Program-made: the position numbers and the translations under genes
Assembly (NCBI GenBank): GCA_036280495.1
Contig: DASUQU010000074.1
Location: 1 to 35,511, forward strand
DNA length: 35,511 bases
Reading direction: 5' to 3'
Source: Thermomicrobiales bacterium
GTDB taxonomy: Bacteria; Chloroflexota; Chloroflexia; Thermomicrobiales; UBA6265
Shown here: positions 34,575-35,511 of the stretch, piece by piece
Layout of the letters: every line of letters begins with the position of its first letter
How positions within the stretch are numbered: position 1 is the stretch's first letter
Notes under the pieces: generated by a model
What the model was told of the DNA's origin: nothing
Database searches by the model: none
Seen by the model: only the letters and a program-made list of their open reading frames with translations

Positions 34575-35511
34575 GCCAGCAGGAGACAATTGCCGACATC
34601 CATCAAGCGGTCTCTGCCGCAGTCAGCAGGCTGCGGCCGGTAATCGTCGCGGCACTCCAGAAACTGGTGAGCATCCCAAGTCAAACCGGCCATGAAGGTT
34701 TGGCGCAGGAGACGGTTGCGCAATTAATGCGCGGCCACGGCCTCGAGGTCGACGTCTGGGAGCCGGACGTCAGTCTGCTGAGGGAACATGCAGAGTCGGT
34801 GACGCTCGATGGCGGTTTTGCCGGGCGGCCCAATGTTGTCGGCGTCTACCGAGGAAAGGGAAGCGGACGATCCCTGATTCTAAATGGGCATATCGACACG
34901 GTCGAAGTCGGCGATCTCGCGGCGTGGAGCTACGCACCACTTAGTGGAGAGGTCGTCGATGGGCGCCTCTATGGGCGGGGCGCCTGCGACATGAAGGGTG
35001 GCATCGTCGCCAATCTGTTCGCCGTACGGGCACTGCAGCTAGCGGGGTTCGCTCCCGCCGGCGACGTCATTGTCGAGAGCACGGTCTCGGAGGAGGATGG
35101 CGGCGCCGGCGCCCTGGCCGCCGTCTTGCGGGGCTACGTTGCTGACGGCGCGATCATCTCTGAGCCGACCAACCTCGCCATCGTAACGGCGCAGGGCGGA
35201 GCGCTGATGTTCCGGCTTCAGGTGCCGGGACTCTCAGCGCATGCCTGTGTCCGCGATGAAGGGGTCAGCGCCGTCGAGAAGTTCGCCTATCTCCATCAAG
35301 GTTTGCTCACATTCGAGGACCGCCGGAACGTCGAGATTACGCATCCGTTGTACGCTGGAAAGCGGATCAAGGCTCCGATAAACATCGGCGTCGTTCGAGG
35401 CGGCTCCTGGGCGTCTTCTGTGCCTGAATTCTTTGTCGCGGAGGGCCGCGCTGGACTCGTCCCTGGCGAAGCCCTGTCGGCGTTCAAGACAGAGTTTGCG
35501 GCTGAGATCGA
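34571..35511 (+). CDS. M20-family metallopeptidase (ArgE/DapE-like deacylase), 3'-truncated by the window end
   Basis: Not in the track because it has no stop in the window. ATG 34571 overlaps the upstream TGA (ATGA). The translation reads MSQQETIADIHQAV..LVSIPSQTGHEG..LILNGHIDTVEVGD..DGRLYGRGACDMKGGIVANL..VESTVSEEDGGAGAL..IISEPTNL.. . The metal-ligand motifs H-x-D, D and EE are present. Confidence 0.85.
   Translation, partial: MSQQETIADIHQAVSAAVSRLRPVIVAALQKLVSIPSQTGHEGLAQETVAQLMRGHGLEVDVWEPDVSLLREHAESVTLDGGFAGRPNVVGVYRGKGSGRSLILNGHIDTVEVGDLAAWSYAPLSGEVVDGRLYGRGACDMKGGIVANLFAVRALQLAGFAPAGDVIVESTVSEEDGGAGALAAVLRGYVADGAIISEPTNLAIVTAQGGALMFRLQVPGLSAHACVRDEGVSAVEKFAYLHQGLLTFEDRRNVEITHPLYAGKRIKAPINIGVVRGGSWASSVPEFFVAEGRAGLVPGEALSAFKTEFAAEI

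Noticed and set aside
1-35511. Searched by eye for tRNA T-loops (GGTTCGAnTCC), rRNA, CRISPR repeat arrays, IS terminal inverted repeats, integrase/transposase ORFs, and toxin-antitoxin or known defence-system gene pairs.
   Set aside because: None was found. The only TTCGAA-containing sites (about 4675 and about 30016) are inside well-supported CDSs and lack acceptor or anticodon stems. No repeat of 20 nt or more recurs at regular spacing.

Overview
This is a 35.5-kb, high-GC, gene-dense bacterial chromosomal segment with about 36 CDS on both strands. Several gene pairs have 4-nt ATGA/GTGA start-stop overlaps, and many starts have GGAGG-type ribosome-binding sites. I recognise no rRNA, tRNA, CRISPR array, transposase or integrase. 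Most content is housekeeping or envelope-related. It includes a 3'-truncated NuoG/FdhA-like Fe-S protein, gatB, glutamate dehydrogenase, an S41 C-terminal protease, a SpoU/TrmH methyltransferase, MgtC, guaA, RNase Z and proC. It also includes a DUF255/YyaL thioredoxin-domain protein with a PI3/4-kinase-like partner, a MATE exporter, and a TauE/SafE permease. There is a CUT1-type sugar ABC operon (binding protein, two permeases, no ATPase) followed by a Zn-alcohol dehydrogenase. There are also two tandem Amidase_3 cell-wall amidases plus a CapA-like protein, Ppx/GppA-CHAD plus a second CHAD ORF, and a 3'-truncated M20 peptidase. The strongest finding is a gene that the ORF track truncates. A glutaredoxin-like (YruB-type) + PDZ fusion (12809..13363, minus strand) has an in-frame TGA exactly where the first Cys of the C-P-W-C redox motif belongs. 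A perfect 7-bp hairpin lies about 15 nt downstream of that TGA. This makes it a candidate selenoprotein (U-P-W-C) with a SECIS-like element. An accessory-looking stretch (about 6.5-11.6 kb) holds several unusual genes. These are a secreted triple-Excalibur protein with an LPXTG-like sorting signal, an atypical stand-alone receiver domain, and a SprT-like zinc-ribbon protein with a degenerate EExxH motif. The same stretch has two convergent, highly charged low-complexity proteins and a hairpin-dense 350-nt non-coding gap. It also has a small CxxC protein translationally coupled to the TrmH-like gene. Other observations are an orphan RusA-like resolvase, DxDxDG loops inserted in both amidases, and a CHAD domain apparently split across two overlapping ORFs. 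A Chloroflexota/Thermomicrobia-like or other high-GC monoderm-type origin is only a guess from gene content. All calls rest on by-eye translation and motif recognition; no searches were run.
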